Origin: a virus | Taxonomy: Duplodnaviria; Caudoviricetes | IMG/VR virus record: IMGVR_UViG_3300027756_000012 | Coordinates: 1-59,282 of that record | Strand: one strand, 5' to 3' | DNA length: 59,282 bases | Part shown: piece after piece, positions 41,701-50,679 of the stretch | How positions within the stretch are numbered: position 1 is the first letter of the stretch | Layout of the letters: every line of letters starts with the position of its first letter | Translations under genes and position numbers: made by a program | The notes under the pieces: model-generated | What the model was told of the DNA's origin: nothing | The model's database searches: none | The model's input: the letters and a program-made list of their open reading frames with translations, nothing else

Positions 41701-44700
41701 TGATTGTTTGCACTGGTCAGTGTAAATTTATTTTCCAGCCGTTCAATCACTAGATTTCTAGCATCAAATGGTGTGCGATTTTGATCCAGCAACATGTTTT
41801 CTGGATTCTGTACTGTGACATTATCAACCACTGCGCCGGGCTTTTCTGCAGTCAGTTGTAGTGCAGCTGGATTCAGGTTGATCAGGCTGTTTGGTGCCCA
41901 TCCTTGATTTGCCCAGTACAAGAACTCTCTGGCCATCTGTTGCCAATCAACTGTGTATCCATTTTCTCTAGTGTCAAATATCAATCCCAGTGATGCCAGG
42001 TACTGTCCGTAACTCAACAAGAAATCAACCACAGAGGACTGATTTGTAAACACAAATCCATAAGGAACCTGTGCAATGTCATTGGTGTATTGTTTCGGAA
42101 CTTGCACTGTGCTGCCGCCGGCACTGACTGTTTGCAACTGTCCACTGGCACGGCTTGCAAAAATATCAAAATACGGTTCTGTTGTGCTGTAGCCAAACAC
42201 TGCATAACCGCCGGTGTCTGTGCTTTGCACAATCACCGCACTGTACGCAACAGTGCTGAATGGAGAGTTTTTGTACAACAACAAATCATAGCTCTCATCT
42301 GGCAGTAACAAACTTGAATTCTGACTGTTAGGGCTGGAACGCTCAGTATATATTTTGAGATACTGTTTGTCGGTAAAACTGCCAGTTCTCCAGCACAAAC
42401 GAACATCAAGACTTGCCAGTGCAATTTCCAAAGTCTCAGTTGAGTTGATGCCCAGTTGTTGATTGTAATCCACAATCCAGTTGATATAACTGGCTTTGCT
42501 GACAGGAGTAATTGCTCCAGTTGATACATTTACGTGTCCACCGTATACTTCTACGCCATTGGCATCTAGTCTATAACGATTGTTGTAAAGGTACTGTTCA
42601 AATTCTTCACTGTACTTGTAAAGATCTCGATCTGCAAACAAGCTGAAGAATTTTGCCGGGCGTGTCAGTGCCAGCAGTCGCATCACAGCAAATGGATAAC
42701 TGCTGCTGGTCCACCAGGCAGCTTCCACTGGGCCGCCGTCGCCTACTACCCAACTCTTGCGCCAAACATTGGGATCGTATTGTCCAACAACACTGTTCAA
42801 CGGAGGTAGTAACTGGCCTTCGGTTCCATTGGGAATAAAATATGTTGATAGGTTTGGTCTTACAAACTCAGGACGTACATAATAGCCAGCAGGATCAGCA
42901 ACAATGCCGGCCTGGATGTCGTCCCACAGCACCAAGTTGTCTTGTGTGTATGGAGCAGGACCGTAACGATTTTCCCACCATGCGGGTTGTTGTGCAAAGC
43001 CCAACATCTCCCAAGGTGTGGTATTTGGACTCAGTGTATCATAAAAATATCTACTGATGCCGCGCCATGCGCCCAGCAAGGGTTGATTTTTTTCTTTGTC
43101 ACCAGCCTGACTGTAGTTGTAGGTGAACGGATTATTGGCAATGTATTGTTGTTCTTTATAGTCCAGTTTGTTTTGACCCACCCAGGTCAGAAAACTTTCG
43201 CTCAGAATATTTGTAATTTCTGCTTGAGAATAATCTGTCGTGCGGAAGTAACCAGGAATTACTTCTTCTGGTATAACTGGCACAGGATTGTTTTCAGTCT
43301 TTAAGTTGTTGAAAATTCTGCGTTCAAATTCCAGCAGTATGTCATCGCGTATGTCACCAAACGCAACAGTGATACTGCCGTCATGGCCGCGTATGACCAC
43401 TGTGGGATTTACATAATTTTCATCCACAAACACTTTGGGTTCATATGATTGATACAATCCCAATTTGGTAGGTGTGTTGGGCACAAAGTTACCAGTTGTG
43501 TTGGCATATTCGCGAATCGTAACTTGATCGCCCACTGCCAGTGGCACAGTGACAGTGACCCGCGGGCCGTCAGTGGCCACAGTGTAATCATAATTCAGCG
43601 TTAACAAATTGTTGTTTAAGTAGACCAAAAGTCCCAAGAAATTAGCTGAAGTAAATGTGTATGTCTGAACAGTGTCAAATGTTCCAATTGTGATTGGTGT
43701 TACTATGTGAACAATTTCTGTGTACACGTTTCCGCTTGGCAGCATGTCGCTGTAGAAGAAACTGTTGATATTGGTTTTGCCTGTGTTTAAATCAGTTACT
43801 ACAGCGTCAAGAATCTGGCTGGTTGATAAATTTCCCCATTCACTGCGAATAACACTTTCCAACATTCTATTCTTGAATTTGTTGTATTCTCTATCGTTGA
43901 ATTCTAGTGATTTAAAAATGTTGTATTCTTGGCTTCTCATAAAAAAGCCTGCCAGAGTCAAGGGCGCACTTTGTTGTAAGATAAGTGTGCCATACCGACC
44001 AATGTTGCCCAGATCTCTAGTGTTATTGGATCCGTTAATAGCACCAGAGAAATTAATTAAATTTTCAGCAATACTTTCATAATGTGCTCTTATAGTGCCA
44101 AGGGTAAACTCAGGACTGTTGATGTTGAACGGATTGTTTTCTAGATTGTTAGGTATCTGATAAAATCCGTTTTCACTATCTTGGTTGCTCAACACTTGCA
44201 CTTCAATTATTGAACCCGGCAAGTAAATGTTATTGAGAACGATTGTAGTAGTTGTGGAGGTGGTTGTTACAGTGTACTCGCTGGGCAACACAAATGCATT
44301 TGACACAAACAACTGAATAGCAGGCACTGTTGTGTTTGCAGGCACGTTGATGTTGAGACGCAACGGTGCACCATTGTATGTAAACTGAAACTGCTGGCGT
44401 ATTTGACTGGGTGTTGCAGCAACTTGCCAGCCACTTTTTCTCTCGTACGCAACTCGATCATTATATTGGTAAGCAAATCCATTGCTCACGTTGGTAGTAA
44501 TACCAGCATTGTTGATAACATATACAAATGTGTCTGTGTAAAAATTATTATCAAACACAATATCGCCGATGTTGGTCAAACTCAGATAGCGTAATGGCAG
44601 ACCCAGAACAGTATCAGCAACGCCTGTGCCCACGGCATAGCTGAATAGTTTACTTCCAACAAATGTTGTACTAGGATACTTGTTGATGTTGCTGAAACTA

Positions 44701-47192
44701 ACACCATCAGCATCATACACGTCAAACAACGGCGCTTGATTTACTTGTGTTTTTTCTTGTGCGGTAAGCCATTCTACTCCATCAAAGTAATAACTTTTGC
44801 CTTGCTGGTCAAGACCGGTGAGTACCACTACAGTTTGATTGGCCAGTACTTCTGCATCGTCAGCAGGTACCAGATTGATAATAGGTTGTGCAATCAACGG
44901 TGACTGAGTATCTGGAGTAATAAAATTTACCACATAGATTTTGTTTTTAACCTGTGGGTTTATATCTGCTGCAAAAATAACACGTGAACCCTGAGCAAAG
45001 GTATAGCCGTCGGTACTGTAGCCAGTGGTGCCATTGATTTGACTCAATGCGTCGGTTGTGTCAAAGTCAACAACGTTAACTGGTTGTTTGCCCTGTGTGC
45101 CAAAGTTAAACAGTTGTATTCCTGCATAAAATTCCAGTATAGGTCTTTTGGCTCGTTGTGAGTTGTTCAACACCGGTGTGGTGTTGTTGTATGCAGCGGC
45201 TGCGTTGATTACATCAATGTGAAACCATCGATTGCCCCGTGACCATGCATTAAGATCTGGACTAGCGCGATTGATTGTGAGATAATCCGGAACCAGTGGA
45301 GCATTTAAATCAAAGTCATAATTGCCTATGTCAAAAGGCAAGGTGTCGTAGGGAATAGGAGAATTCTGTGTGAATGTTTCTGGAGTAATAAAATTACTAA
45401 CCGGCAGCAGCTTGATTGCAGAACCAACTCCTTCAACATAGTATTCTTGATTTTCATATTCAGCAGGTACTGTAGTGCCACGGAATTGCACTTTGAGACC
45501 ATTGGTAAACACCACACCATTGGAACTGGTATAATTTTGTTTTCCCAGTATGTCTTCAATGTAAGTTGTGGTTGCATTGTCTTGATCCAATAGACGAATT
45601 TGACCAAATATACCCGGGTCAGTGCCGTCTTGATAGTACAATACATCCTTGATTGCAGTCAACAATGGGATCTGTTCAAAATATCCCGAGGCATCTTTGT
45701 ACCACTCTGTATTTGAGTACTGCACTCCAGAGTTTATGGTAAATTTTTCTAAGTTTGCAACAGGTAACACACTGTTGAGTTGAATGTATTGTTGTCCGCC
45801 GCTGGTGGTTACATATTGTATTTGCCACACACTGTAACGCTGTGCTTGTGTAAGTGGGATTGCTTGATCAAATGTTGTGCTGTCAAACGATCCTGTGCCA
45901 CTTTGAACGTTGCCTATGTTCGGCAGCGGATCAAATTGACTTGTAACTTCCCAGACGTCTTGTGCAGGATCCGGATTGACAAACACCAGAGTTTGTCCAT
46001 TCAAATCAGTGATGCCATCAATACCCGAGGGATATGACTCAAAAAATTCAGATACAAAAATGTTATTGATTTGATCAAAGGTTAAATTGGTGACCAAATT
46101 CACTGTGCCAATACTGGCAAGAGTATAATAGAAATTTTGATCTGTGGCCAATGGCACATCAAAAGTTACTGTGCCAAGATCTTCTCCGTTGTTGGTTACT
46201 CCCAGCACATCTCTGCTGCTGATGTTGGGTGACCAGGGCAACACACCATTTACCCCGGGTGTGGCTTGAATCCAAAATCCTGGCCCGGTGCCTGCAGTTC
46301 CGTCCACAATGTTCAGCCGTCCCTGCATGTTGAACTGTGTTTCGCTGGCATAGTACAAGATGTCAGGCGCATCTTGAGGAACAGTGAATGTGATGTTCCC
46401 AGTATTTGCACCGTTACGGCTTACGCCAGTGTTGTAAGAATCGCCACGACCTTGAGTTGGTGCTGTTTTGATCCAGAATGGAGATACCACACCCAATGTC
46501 AAATTAAACACATAGGTATTACCACGAACCAGAGTCAGTGTTGGATTTGGTATGTAATCAATGATGTATGATGATGTGCTACTAGCAGTAACACGATAAT
46601 TTACTGTTTCTTTGGCATTTTGTGCCACATCAAATTTGTAGTTGCCACTGCGTAGCAAAGTAATGACAGGATTTTCACCAGAGTAACCAGAAAAAGTATA
46701 TACGCCGTTTTCTCTTGTTACTGTGAATTCATCTGTCAGGGGCACTGAAGTTCCGCCCACATCAACTGGCAACGGACCTGCTGGTAACCAGTAGTACTGA
46801 CTATAATTTACAAACGCATCAAAATTGACCAGAGGATCCCAGGTATAATATTCGCTGGTATAAAGTCGATTGGTGTTGTTGACCAATGCACCTTGAGTGG
46901 CCAATGCATCAGTGATACCAGGATAGGTGATAGCATCTTTGACTGAATCAGAATCTGGTTTTTTAATAATAACACCAGGCTCTAGTTGATAGTCACGACG
47001 TGTATCAGTGCTTTCTACCACATACTTGTCGTCGGCATTGACGCCGGGACCAACTCGGCGTCCAACATAGCCCTGTGTTTTTTTAAATTGAGGTTCTTGT
47101 ACCAGTTGGTCTAGTGTGGCAGACAAGACTTGCTTGTTGGTAGGTGTTTGAAATATTTCTGGTAAAAAATCTACCGTTCTTACTTTTGCCAT
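32724..47192 (-). CDS. giant (4822 aa) baseplate/tail structural protein with FG-GAP-like and Ig-like repeats
   Basis: Uninterrupted 14.5-kb ORF TAATG-coupled to the gp6-like gene. Contains FG...VGAP blades and repeated V.VN..Q....D[YF]T modules. Confidence 0.8.
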   Translation of the reverse strand: MAKVRTVDFLPEIFQTPTNKQVLSATLDQLVQEPQFKKTQGYVGRRVGPGVNADDKYVVESTDTRRDYQLEPGVIIKKPDSDSVKDAITYPGITDALATQGALVNNTNRLYTSEYYTWDPLVNFDAFVNYSQYYWLPAGPLPVDVGGTSVPLTDEFTVTRENGVYTFSGYSGENPVITLLRSGNYKFDVAQNAKETVNYRVTASSTSSYIIDYIPNPTLTLVRGNTYVFNLTLGVVSPFWIKTAPTQGRGDSYNTGVSRNGANTGNITFTVPQDAPDILYYASETQFNMQGRLNIVDGTAGTGPGFWIQATPGVNGVLPWSPNISSRDVLGVTNNGEDLGTVTFDVPLATDQNFYYTLASIGTVNLVTNLTFDQINNIFVSEFFESYPSGIDGITDLNGQTLVFVNPDPAQDVWEVTSQFDPLPNIGNVQSGTGSFDSTTFDQAIPLTQAQRYSVWQIQYVTTSGGQQYIQLNSVLPVANLEKFTINSGVQYSNTEWYKDASGYFEQIPLLTAIKDVLYYQDGTDPGIFGQIRLLDQDNATTTYIEDILGKQNYTSSNGVVFTNGLKVQFRGTTVPAEYENQEYYVEGVGSAIKLLPVSNFITPETFTQNSPIPYDTLPFDIGNYDFDLNAPLVPDYLTINRASPDLNAWSRGNRWFHIDVINAAAAYNNTTPVLNNSQRAKRPILEFYAGIQLFNFGTQGKQPVNVVDFDTTDALSQINGTTGYSTDGYTFAQGSRVIFAADINPQVKNKIYVVNFITPDTQSPLIAQPIINLVPADDAEVLANQTVVVLTGLDQQGKSYYFDGVEWLTAQEKTQVNQAPLFDVYDADGVSFSNINKYPSTTFVGSKLFSYAVGTGVADTVLGLPLRYLSLTNIGDIVFDNNFYTDTFVYVINNAGITTNVSNGFAYQYNDRVAYERKSGWQVAATPSQIRQQFQFTYNGAPLRLNINVPANTTVPAIQLFVSNAFVLPSEYTVTTTSTTTTIVLNNIYLPGSIIEVQVLSNQDSENGFYQIPNNLENNPFNINSPEFTLGTIRAHYESIAENLINFSGAINGSNNTRDLGNIGRYGTLILQQSAPLTLAGFFMRSQEYNIFKSLEFNDREYNKFKNRMLESVIRSEWGNLSTSQILDAVVTDLNTGKTNINSFFYSDMLPSGNVYTEIVHIVTPITIGTFDTVQTYTFTSANFLGLLVYLNNNLLTLNYDYTVATDGPRVTVTVPLAVGDQVTIREYANTTGNFVPNTPTKLGLYQSYEPKVFVDENYVNPTVVIRGHDGSITVAFGDIRDDILLEFERRIFNNLKTENNPVPVIPEEVIPGYFRTTDYSQAEITNILSESFLTWVGQNKLDYKEQQYIANNPFTYNYSQAGDKEKNQPLLGAWRGISRYFYDTLSPNTTPWEMLGFAQQPAWWENRYGPAPYTQDNLVLWDDIQAGIVADPAGYYVRPEFVRPNLSTYFIPNGTEGQLLPPLNSVVGQYDPNVWRKSWVVGDGGPVEAAWWTSSSYPFAVMRLLALTRPAKFFSLFADRDLYKYSEEFEQYLYNNRYRLDANGVEVYGGHVNVSTGAITPVSKASYINWIVDYNQQLGINSTETLEIALASLDVRLCWRTGSFTDKQYLKIYTERSSPNSQNSSLLLPDESYDLLLYKNSPFSTVAYSAVIVQSTDTGGYAVFGYSTTEPYFDIFASRASGQLQTVSAGGSTVQVPKQYTNDIAQVPYGFVFTNQSSVVDFLLSYGQYLASLGLIFDTRENGYTVDWQQMAREFLYWANQGWAPNSLINLNPAALQLTAEKPGAVVDNVTVQNPENMLLDQNRTPFDARNLVIERLENKFTLTSANNQSIAYAKLQFVNYENLVILNNVSIFDDLIYNPATGARQNRVYVSAFTTTEWNGTLNAQGFVLNQDNIATWVPNRKYAKGEIVNYKNNYWSAQTIIQPKLEFAYADWVKSDYTKIQKGLLPNIANKADQLANSYNTQTANLESDNDLLSYGLIGFQPRDYMVALNLDDTSQVNLYKQFIGSKGTILSAEIFTGANLGKEVADYQIYENWAVLRGTYGANANRSYVELRLNEALMQSDPATVQIIEPGESSLANQTVLLNDVWRESYKLTSPDFLTTTTTVITDTALPTAGYVNIDDVDITVFSLDDPSAISADLDNIGNGTRIWVAKTNSYDWDVYRATQVPGRITRVTDNLDGTSLVLFSQIHNLKRGDLLIVRFFNDSFNGVYRVLTTTTPTTLTVAYTFTNGNQTTIAGEGIGFYLDTMRVSQASDVGTLSYANELVPGALAWVDNNGAGLWEVLEKQNVFSPSYALTSNNRQENSGYGTSIAQAYENIAALVGAPTYNTAGGIYPYLRGKDARYEENPVLQLGATGTLGYGNAVDIGYQSWAIAGANLSASGVGYAAIIYRAPSSNRFIQTQLLIAPNYSTSAGSFGTSVTISRDERWAYVGAPAQNAVYAYGRVDEEIQQVEYMGDSVTASFDYSNNLVFDLAQPDQISVLVNNVNQQYGVDFNISSTAVIFVTPPLKDLPILIVRKFSQQIDAQTYYNILQNSTVGSGSGARFTVGRVRGTYYVTLTAPGIAYAVGNTLTINAAAIGGGSSPANDLTITVTSVTAGGITGFTYSGSGVGTTSVFDLEPYLYTATNIDSFDVTVNEILQRPYIDYTFAGTTLTFRSGSIPTAGTIITVNTGTYFKYVNTITGPAGSGFGTSVRSGTDGRQLLVGAPTSNVNGLIAGSTYAYDRSVLRYQVGIGETATKTFALPSGYVAPVSVLLNGAFLNNSDQFLNGEFTVTGSNVVLAATLTLSVGDIIEIESNIFQQIQQITIDTPFDEAQFGTDVDLCPNNCSVYIGAPEDGTIYIGAGSVQRNVNQARVYGIISSPVANPTLTTGNTLRVNNYEVAVPATYVKDGVTVPGNNVAGLAFAINNANDGVGIPNTVATTSADLFFAGDNITKTFDIGVTYSQYGTNYTTVVYIGNILQTFNVDYTYNNTTGTINFVTAPATGAVIKVVSGVLTLSVINSAAATPGAKLDVLPGLTGSAFANIGFVNYAYTQTITSPNPTPGASFGSTVFINTDSTNLVVGAPRGNLYQPVTFDSGTTYFDDRSTVFSTVVVQSGVVYTFDYLSSSTDSVTNPGKFVFGQQMYDNSIVELDRYGTAISYVTGRLLIGSPGSDLGDSTSLNFGRVSVFENADRTPAWTVKHIQQPVVDIALLNSVYMYDKLASEITSYLDFFDPLQGKILGVARENIDYIGAVDPANYNTGPVRNVGNPWGSLKVGQIWWDTNSVRFIDPNQDNIVYASRRWGQVFPGSSIDIYQWIESDVAPVNYAGPGTPLSVLSYTTRAELNADNIFATRYYYWVRNISTVDTVAGKKLSTTAIANYIANPRASGISYIAPLNASTVAIYNVFGLINAQDTILHIEYDRILNDDNVHQEYELIADGLADSFLSDNLYLKLQDSLSGINILGAPVPDTNLSPVERYGVEFRPRQSMFVDRFAALKNYLGRANRILANYPIAETKDFSLLNSKEQEPGASTGAWNKRVADLTELGYQNLALVPVGYKYLVMTDSSNSGFWTIYEVTISTTVAFTKELSLIRVQNYDTRRYWSYINWYQPGYNSTLNPVATVANYAGLSVLTLETTPVGSSVEVSNALTGKYEIYQRTLTGWDRVGLEDGTIEFNAELWDYAIGNFGFDLEVFDAQYFDQEPVIETRKVIQAINEQLFIDELAIERNRSLILMFEFIMSEFPAPDWLIKTSLIDVDHKIRNLLPYQSFRQDNQDFVLNYIQEVKPYHTQIREFNLLYNGNNEYDGMLTDFDNPAFYDTSLVVPQFISPVLLPYTQSTANSRTNFDANTEASAVLWTETPWNEWYNNYTLNVQSIVITNPGTGYSTAPDVVVTGDCVTQAEMTAVVNSAGQVIAITIDNYGSGYITTATITLVGGNGTGATAAVVMGNNLVRQLKTTIKYDRYEYSSNIVEWQPNVNYDNGTQVRYLNRVWQAANSDSTGIQSATFDPLDWVEVNAGTLTGVDRTMGFYAPTADQPGLSLPLLIDGVEYPGVQVFGVGYDQYPGFDISPYDSTPFDNFQYGPEGRVTFDESILDAIYESPYTDIYLGTRPTSINVEGGGYIDQYSSYAPEELIPGSEFDTLDIRVYTTPGADWARDGHGFRTEVQKFTVSTVGGTYSFAGVVPYPATMIVSNQTTGVDLTLGIEYTADWAAQSITLASTVPVGTEITIALYEIGGGNQLFKRSYNGLEIGNSLTVPVQYSLIDEFVIFVNGVLTTDYTFSQRTSTSTQILFINTYTADDYLMVGAIGPTTVDNVAIDYSWSVPVTQYIAGATGNLQYTLTNSMEYVNPDNLVVTVNGVRARTSAGIAYLADGTQVLYPVAQRLGFSQSIISPNEVRVYVDNIPQVLGIDFTVVPENPAIAYDSEPYDVGGFSEIYTPCAVLFSSPPALAEKILICVTTDTQAVVVGNQLLFNSAGGLVPVTGDVIAVTSWNDTRQQDILTQVYVGPVQAAVALVEPYDSTDYDVGILSDAPGSYDYSDTQSATSNDLYLNKIVTNADSLWVTLNGRRIFVNDDFTIVDNTIVLAGGYIMTPTDVVMITEFTNSVAPEAMAFRIFQDMRGVQATYRITPSTTTYLVEPLAADGDTIYVHNASALNEPNLANNIWGLLTVDGERIMYRDLDIANNKVTGLRRGTAGTAAADHTVGTDVYNISRINLLPPQDQDYVVSNLNNNTAVYPILGNGTNTVFVAENLNVTDLDDSTTIEEAVEVYVGGTRQYGGYAIIDPGPMCTVEFNIAPPDGVQVTILVRRGVTWYAPGINTPSNGIALQDTNTPAARFLRGD

Positions 47193-50100
47193 TAGATTAC
47201 TCCGCTGCCCGGTGCAGTTCTAAGATTTGTACTTGTTAGTGCTTCGATCACTTGAATGTCTGCCACCGTGGCTCCGTTGACAAAAATTTCATTTGGTGCA
47301 GATCTAATTTCATACAAATCGCCAAAACTTTTTTGTGGGTTCAATGGTACCAACACTACAGAACTTATTACGTCGCCAATTTGCTGGTGCAGGTATCCCG
47401 ACAGTTCTGAGAAATAAAATGTGTCGCCAAAGTCCCAATTTTCAATTGCAAAATATGCATCAATATTGGCCACTACCAAACTTTTGATTTCACTTACAGA
47501 TGCAGTAGAGTTACTGGCACGGATAACCTTGATAGTTGCTTGCAACTGTTCTGCTGCTTTGGCACCAAACAATGGTTTGAATACCACAGAGTTGATGATC
47601 ATGTTGTCGGAAATCATTTTGTAATCTTGCAGTCCAGCATACTCTGTGGTCAGCGTGTCTATAGACGGTGGCGCAGGTTCTGGTATAGACCCTGTTGAGT
47701 CTAAAATATAGTTTCGATATGCTGCATAATATGCACTGGTTACTACATATATATCGATGATGTTGGTTGATCCTGGATCAATGCGGTTAGTAAGAGGACT
47801 ATTGTGTCTATATTGGAAATACAGATCTTGACGTCCCACTCGGGTTATGTATTCAGTTGTTGGCACCAGTATTCTTGTTCCTGTGGCTGTTGCTGTCAGT
47901 ACATAAAATGCTGGATCGGTGGTGTATGAGTTGCTTGTGGTATTGAACACACCATAGGCATAAAATACCTGGCCTGGTATATATTGTGCTTTGTACAATT
48001 CAATTTCATCAAGAGTTGCATATTGATCATTGACCACGCCTTTGTTGATCAGCAAGTATCTTTCGAGATTGTCAATGTCTACAATTCGTTGGAAAAACAC
48101 TTGTTTGGTTGTGGAGTCAATATTGGGTGCAACGATTGTGTCGAAAAAATCCGGATCGTCTGGAACGCCGTCTGAATCTCTATCTTGCCATGTTACCAAG
48201 ACCTGATAGTCGTCTACATAACCATCGGGCTGCACAGGTTGGTCAATAATGCGCATGGAAACATCACTTTCCAATGGCAGGTTCGAATCTGGTCTGCTGT
48301 TTGTTTTTAACACTCGCACAAAGTCGCGAATGGTTGTGCCAGTTCGACTGTCATAAATTTGTTCGTCGCCGTAAAAGAAGAATCGTGTTTGAATCACACT
48401 GCCAAAATAGTAATTCAAAGACCGAATGGTCACTGTGTATGATTCACCGTCGGTGACAAATTGCAAAAACCAACTGGCGTCTAGATTTGCTCCAGATGTA
48501 TCGCCTTCGTAAGCTGGACTCCAGTCTGCGTCAATGTCAATATTGGTAGAAGTAATCAAGTACCACTCATTGGTCAAATTGTCGTAGCCGAGGCCAAAAT
48601 TTCGATACAGTTCGATCTGTGCCAATGCACTGTTGCGCACCTCTGTTCCCAAGTCAGTGCTAAACAATGGAATAACTTGAGTACACACTGCACCGGTTGG
48701 CACATAGTTGTTGAGCACCACAGGACCCAATCCATTGCTAAAATTGCCCAGGCCTTGATTTGTTCCGTCAATGTATATTGCTTGGGCAGCGGCCCAAATT
48801 GTTAATTTTTCGTCAGCACGGGTAGGTACACCTAGCACCAATCGGTTGTTGGCGTCAAAATAGTATCCAGTGGGTGGCACAAATTTGATCAAGCTGCCAA
48901 CTTTTACGTATTTCATGTTGTTGCTGGCGTAGATACCAAGCGACACAGGTGTGCCAGCTGGATTTTTAAAATAGCCGGTGGTTTCGTTTGCCAATGTTGT
49001 GCTTTGATTCCATGTCACTCCGAGTGCAGACAACAACGGTCTTGGATAATTGGCATAGTAAAATTGTGTGGCAGCATTGTCGGTCAATCGTGATTCAACT
49101 CGATTGGTAATGACATCACTGATGTCATTGGTGGTTAACCAGGTGAACAAAAATGTTGGCAACACATTGCTTTCATACAAAGCACCGTCGCTACCAAATG
49201 TGTTGGTAGAAGAATATTTGCCGGTGTTGTCAACCAGGTCAAGATATCTACTGGTACCAATTGACGCACGGTTCAGTGCCTTGCTTTTGATAATTGAGTT
49301 GTAGGCTGTGAATGGAAAGTTGTTGTAATCTTCCCCGTTGACCATGCGGTTTTGTGTGTAGTATCGAGCAGGAGCACGTTGCTTTATTTCATTGATTGTT
49401 TCTCTAGCCAGAGCATTGCTCACTGGTTCTGTAATACCACAGGTCAAGGTGAGTGTTTCCAGTTGTCCACTACGACTGACATAACTGATACTCAAAATCA
49501 CGTTTTGCATTTCTTCTGGATTGATAATGTACTGCAACCCATTGCTTGCACGAACATAAGAACGGAATTGTCCAACTGGAATCTCAGAAAACACACCATC
49601 GCCAAAGTTCATGGTGATTTGATCATTTGCTCTGCTGGTGACTGAATACAAAGGACGCAACGAGGCCTGTTGCTCAACTGCGGCAGTATACACACTTTCA
49701 ACAAATACCCACTCTCGAGCAACATTGCCCACGTTGTCCAATTGATACAACCAACGATCAGTGTTGTTGATGCCTTCAATGTTGATGTTTACTGCCCGGT
49801 TGGCAATGCGTTCTGGCAAGTTGAAATCTTGATTTTGCAAAACACCTTGCTTGAACAACAAGAAGAATCCTGTGTTGGCACTTGCAAACCCCAACTGATC
49901 ATTACGAAACAAGAAATTAAATTGTCCGTTGGGTCGCGGACTAGGCTCGTACACATAATCGCGGCCACTGGCAGTGCTACTGACAGCTTCAAATGGCATG
50001 TTGATTCCGTCGATCACTGCGCTGTATGGCAACACAGGCAAAAAGCCTGGCAACAGGTTAACGGTATACTCGTCTGTGCGAATTCCTTGAATTGTGGTTC

Positions 50101-50626
50101 TGTTGCCGGGGCGGCCAATGCGTTGAGTGTTTAGCAGTGCAGCATTGATGATGGCAGTGAACTGTTCTTGCCAATCAAAATTGGTTGGATCTGCCCAGTT
50201 CACCGTGATGTTGGCCAAGTTAATGCCGTTGTAGTCTACAATATTTTCTGTAGTTTGAATTGAAAATACTTTGAGATAGCCCGATGATTCGGTGTTGCGC
50301 TTGGGGGTATATCCCACCAGGTTGGCCAGTTTGACCACGCTGTCACGCCGCTCAGCAGTGTCTAGATAGTTTTCACGAGTGTTTAGATCTGTACGAAATG
50401 CCAGGGCCTGACCCATAAATGCCATGACATCCAGCAAGGCAATAAATTCACTTGACTCAATGTAGTCGTTGAATGTTTCTGGGTAGTATAATCGTAGATA
50501 ATCTACAAAACTTTTGCGCAAAGTCTCAAAGTCATAACTTTGGAAGTCGGCTTCGCGGTAGGTCTGGTAGATTCTTTTCCAATCCTCTACACCAAATACC
50601 GTGGTTTGTCTAGTAGTTTTTGCCAT
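47192..50626 (-). CDS. baseplate wedge subunit, T4 gp6-like
   Basis: SYDFETLR, FNDYIESSE, ENYLDTAERRDSVVKLA..VGYTPKR, NFGDGVF, ETINEIKQRAP..TQNRMVNGEDY. Confidence 0.88.
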   Translation of the reverse strand: MAKTTRQTTVFGVEDWKRIYQTYREADFQSYDFETLRKSFVDYLRLYYPETFNDYIESSEFIALLDVMAFMGQALAFRTDLNTRENYLDTAERRDSVVKLANLVGYTPKRNTESSGYLKVFSIQTTENIVDYNGINLANITVNWADPTNFDWQEQFTAIINAALLNTQRIGRPGNRTTIQGIRTDEYTVNLLPGFLPVLPYSAVIDGINMPFEAVSSTASGRDYVYEPSPRPNGQFNFLFRNDQLGFASANTGFFLLFKQGVLQNQDFNLPERIANRAVNINIEGINNTDRWLYQLDNVGNVAREWVFVESVYTAAVEQQASLRPLYSVTSRANDQITMNFGDGVFSEIPVGQFRSYVRASNGLQYIINPEEMQNVILSISYVSRSGQLETLTLTCGITEPVSNALARETINEIKQRAPARYYTQNRMVNGEDYNNFPFTAYNSIIKSKALNRASIGTSRYLDLVDNTGKYSSTNTFGSDGALYESNVLPTFLFTWLTTNDISDVITNRVESRLTDNAATQFYYANYPRPLLSALGVTWNQSTTLANETTGYFKNPAGTPVSLGIYASNNMKYVKVGSLIKFVPPTGYYFDANNRLVLGVPTRADEKLTIWAAAQAIYIDGTNQGLGNFSNGLGPVVLNNYVPTGAVCTQVIPLFSTDLGTEVRNSALAQIELYRNFGLGYDNLTNEWYLITSTNIDIDADWSPAYEGDTSGANLDASWFLQFVTDGESYTVTIRSLNYYFGSVIQTRFFFYGDEQIYDSRTGTTIRDFVRVLKTNSRPDSNLPLESDVSMRIIDQPVQPDGYVDDYQVLVTWQDRDSDGVPDDPDFFDTIVAPNIDSTTKQVFFQRIVDIDNLERYLLINKGVVNDQYATLDEIELYKAQYIPGQVFYAYGVFNTTSNSYTTDPAFYVLTATATGTRILVPTTEYITRVGRQDLYFQYRHNSPLTNRIDPGSTNIIDIYVVTSAYYAAYRNYILDSTGSIPEPAPPSIDTLTTEYAGLQDYKMISDNMIINSVVFKPLFGAKAAEQLQATIKVIRASNSTASVSEIKSLVVANIDAYFAIENWDFGDTFYFSELSGYLHQQIGDVISSVVLVPLNPQKSFGDLYEIRSAPNEIFVNGATVADIQVIEALTSTNLRTAPGSGVI

Positions 50627-50645
50627 AATAATCCATCTTGTAGAT

Positions 50646-50653
50646 TATTTATG
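50646..50653 (-). promoter_or_regulatory. putative late promoter CATAAATA
   Basis: 7/8 match to TATAAATA, 19 nt upstream of the gp6-like ATG. Confidence 0.55.
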
Positions 50654-50679
50654 GCAAAAATAAACCACCCAGTTTATGT

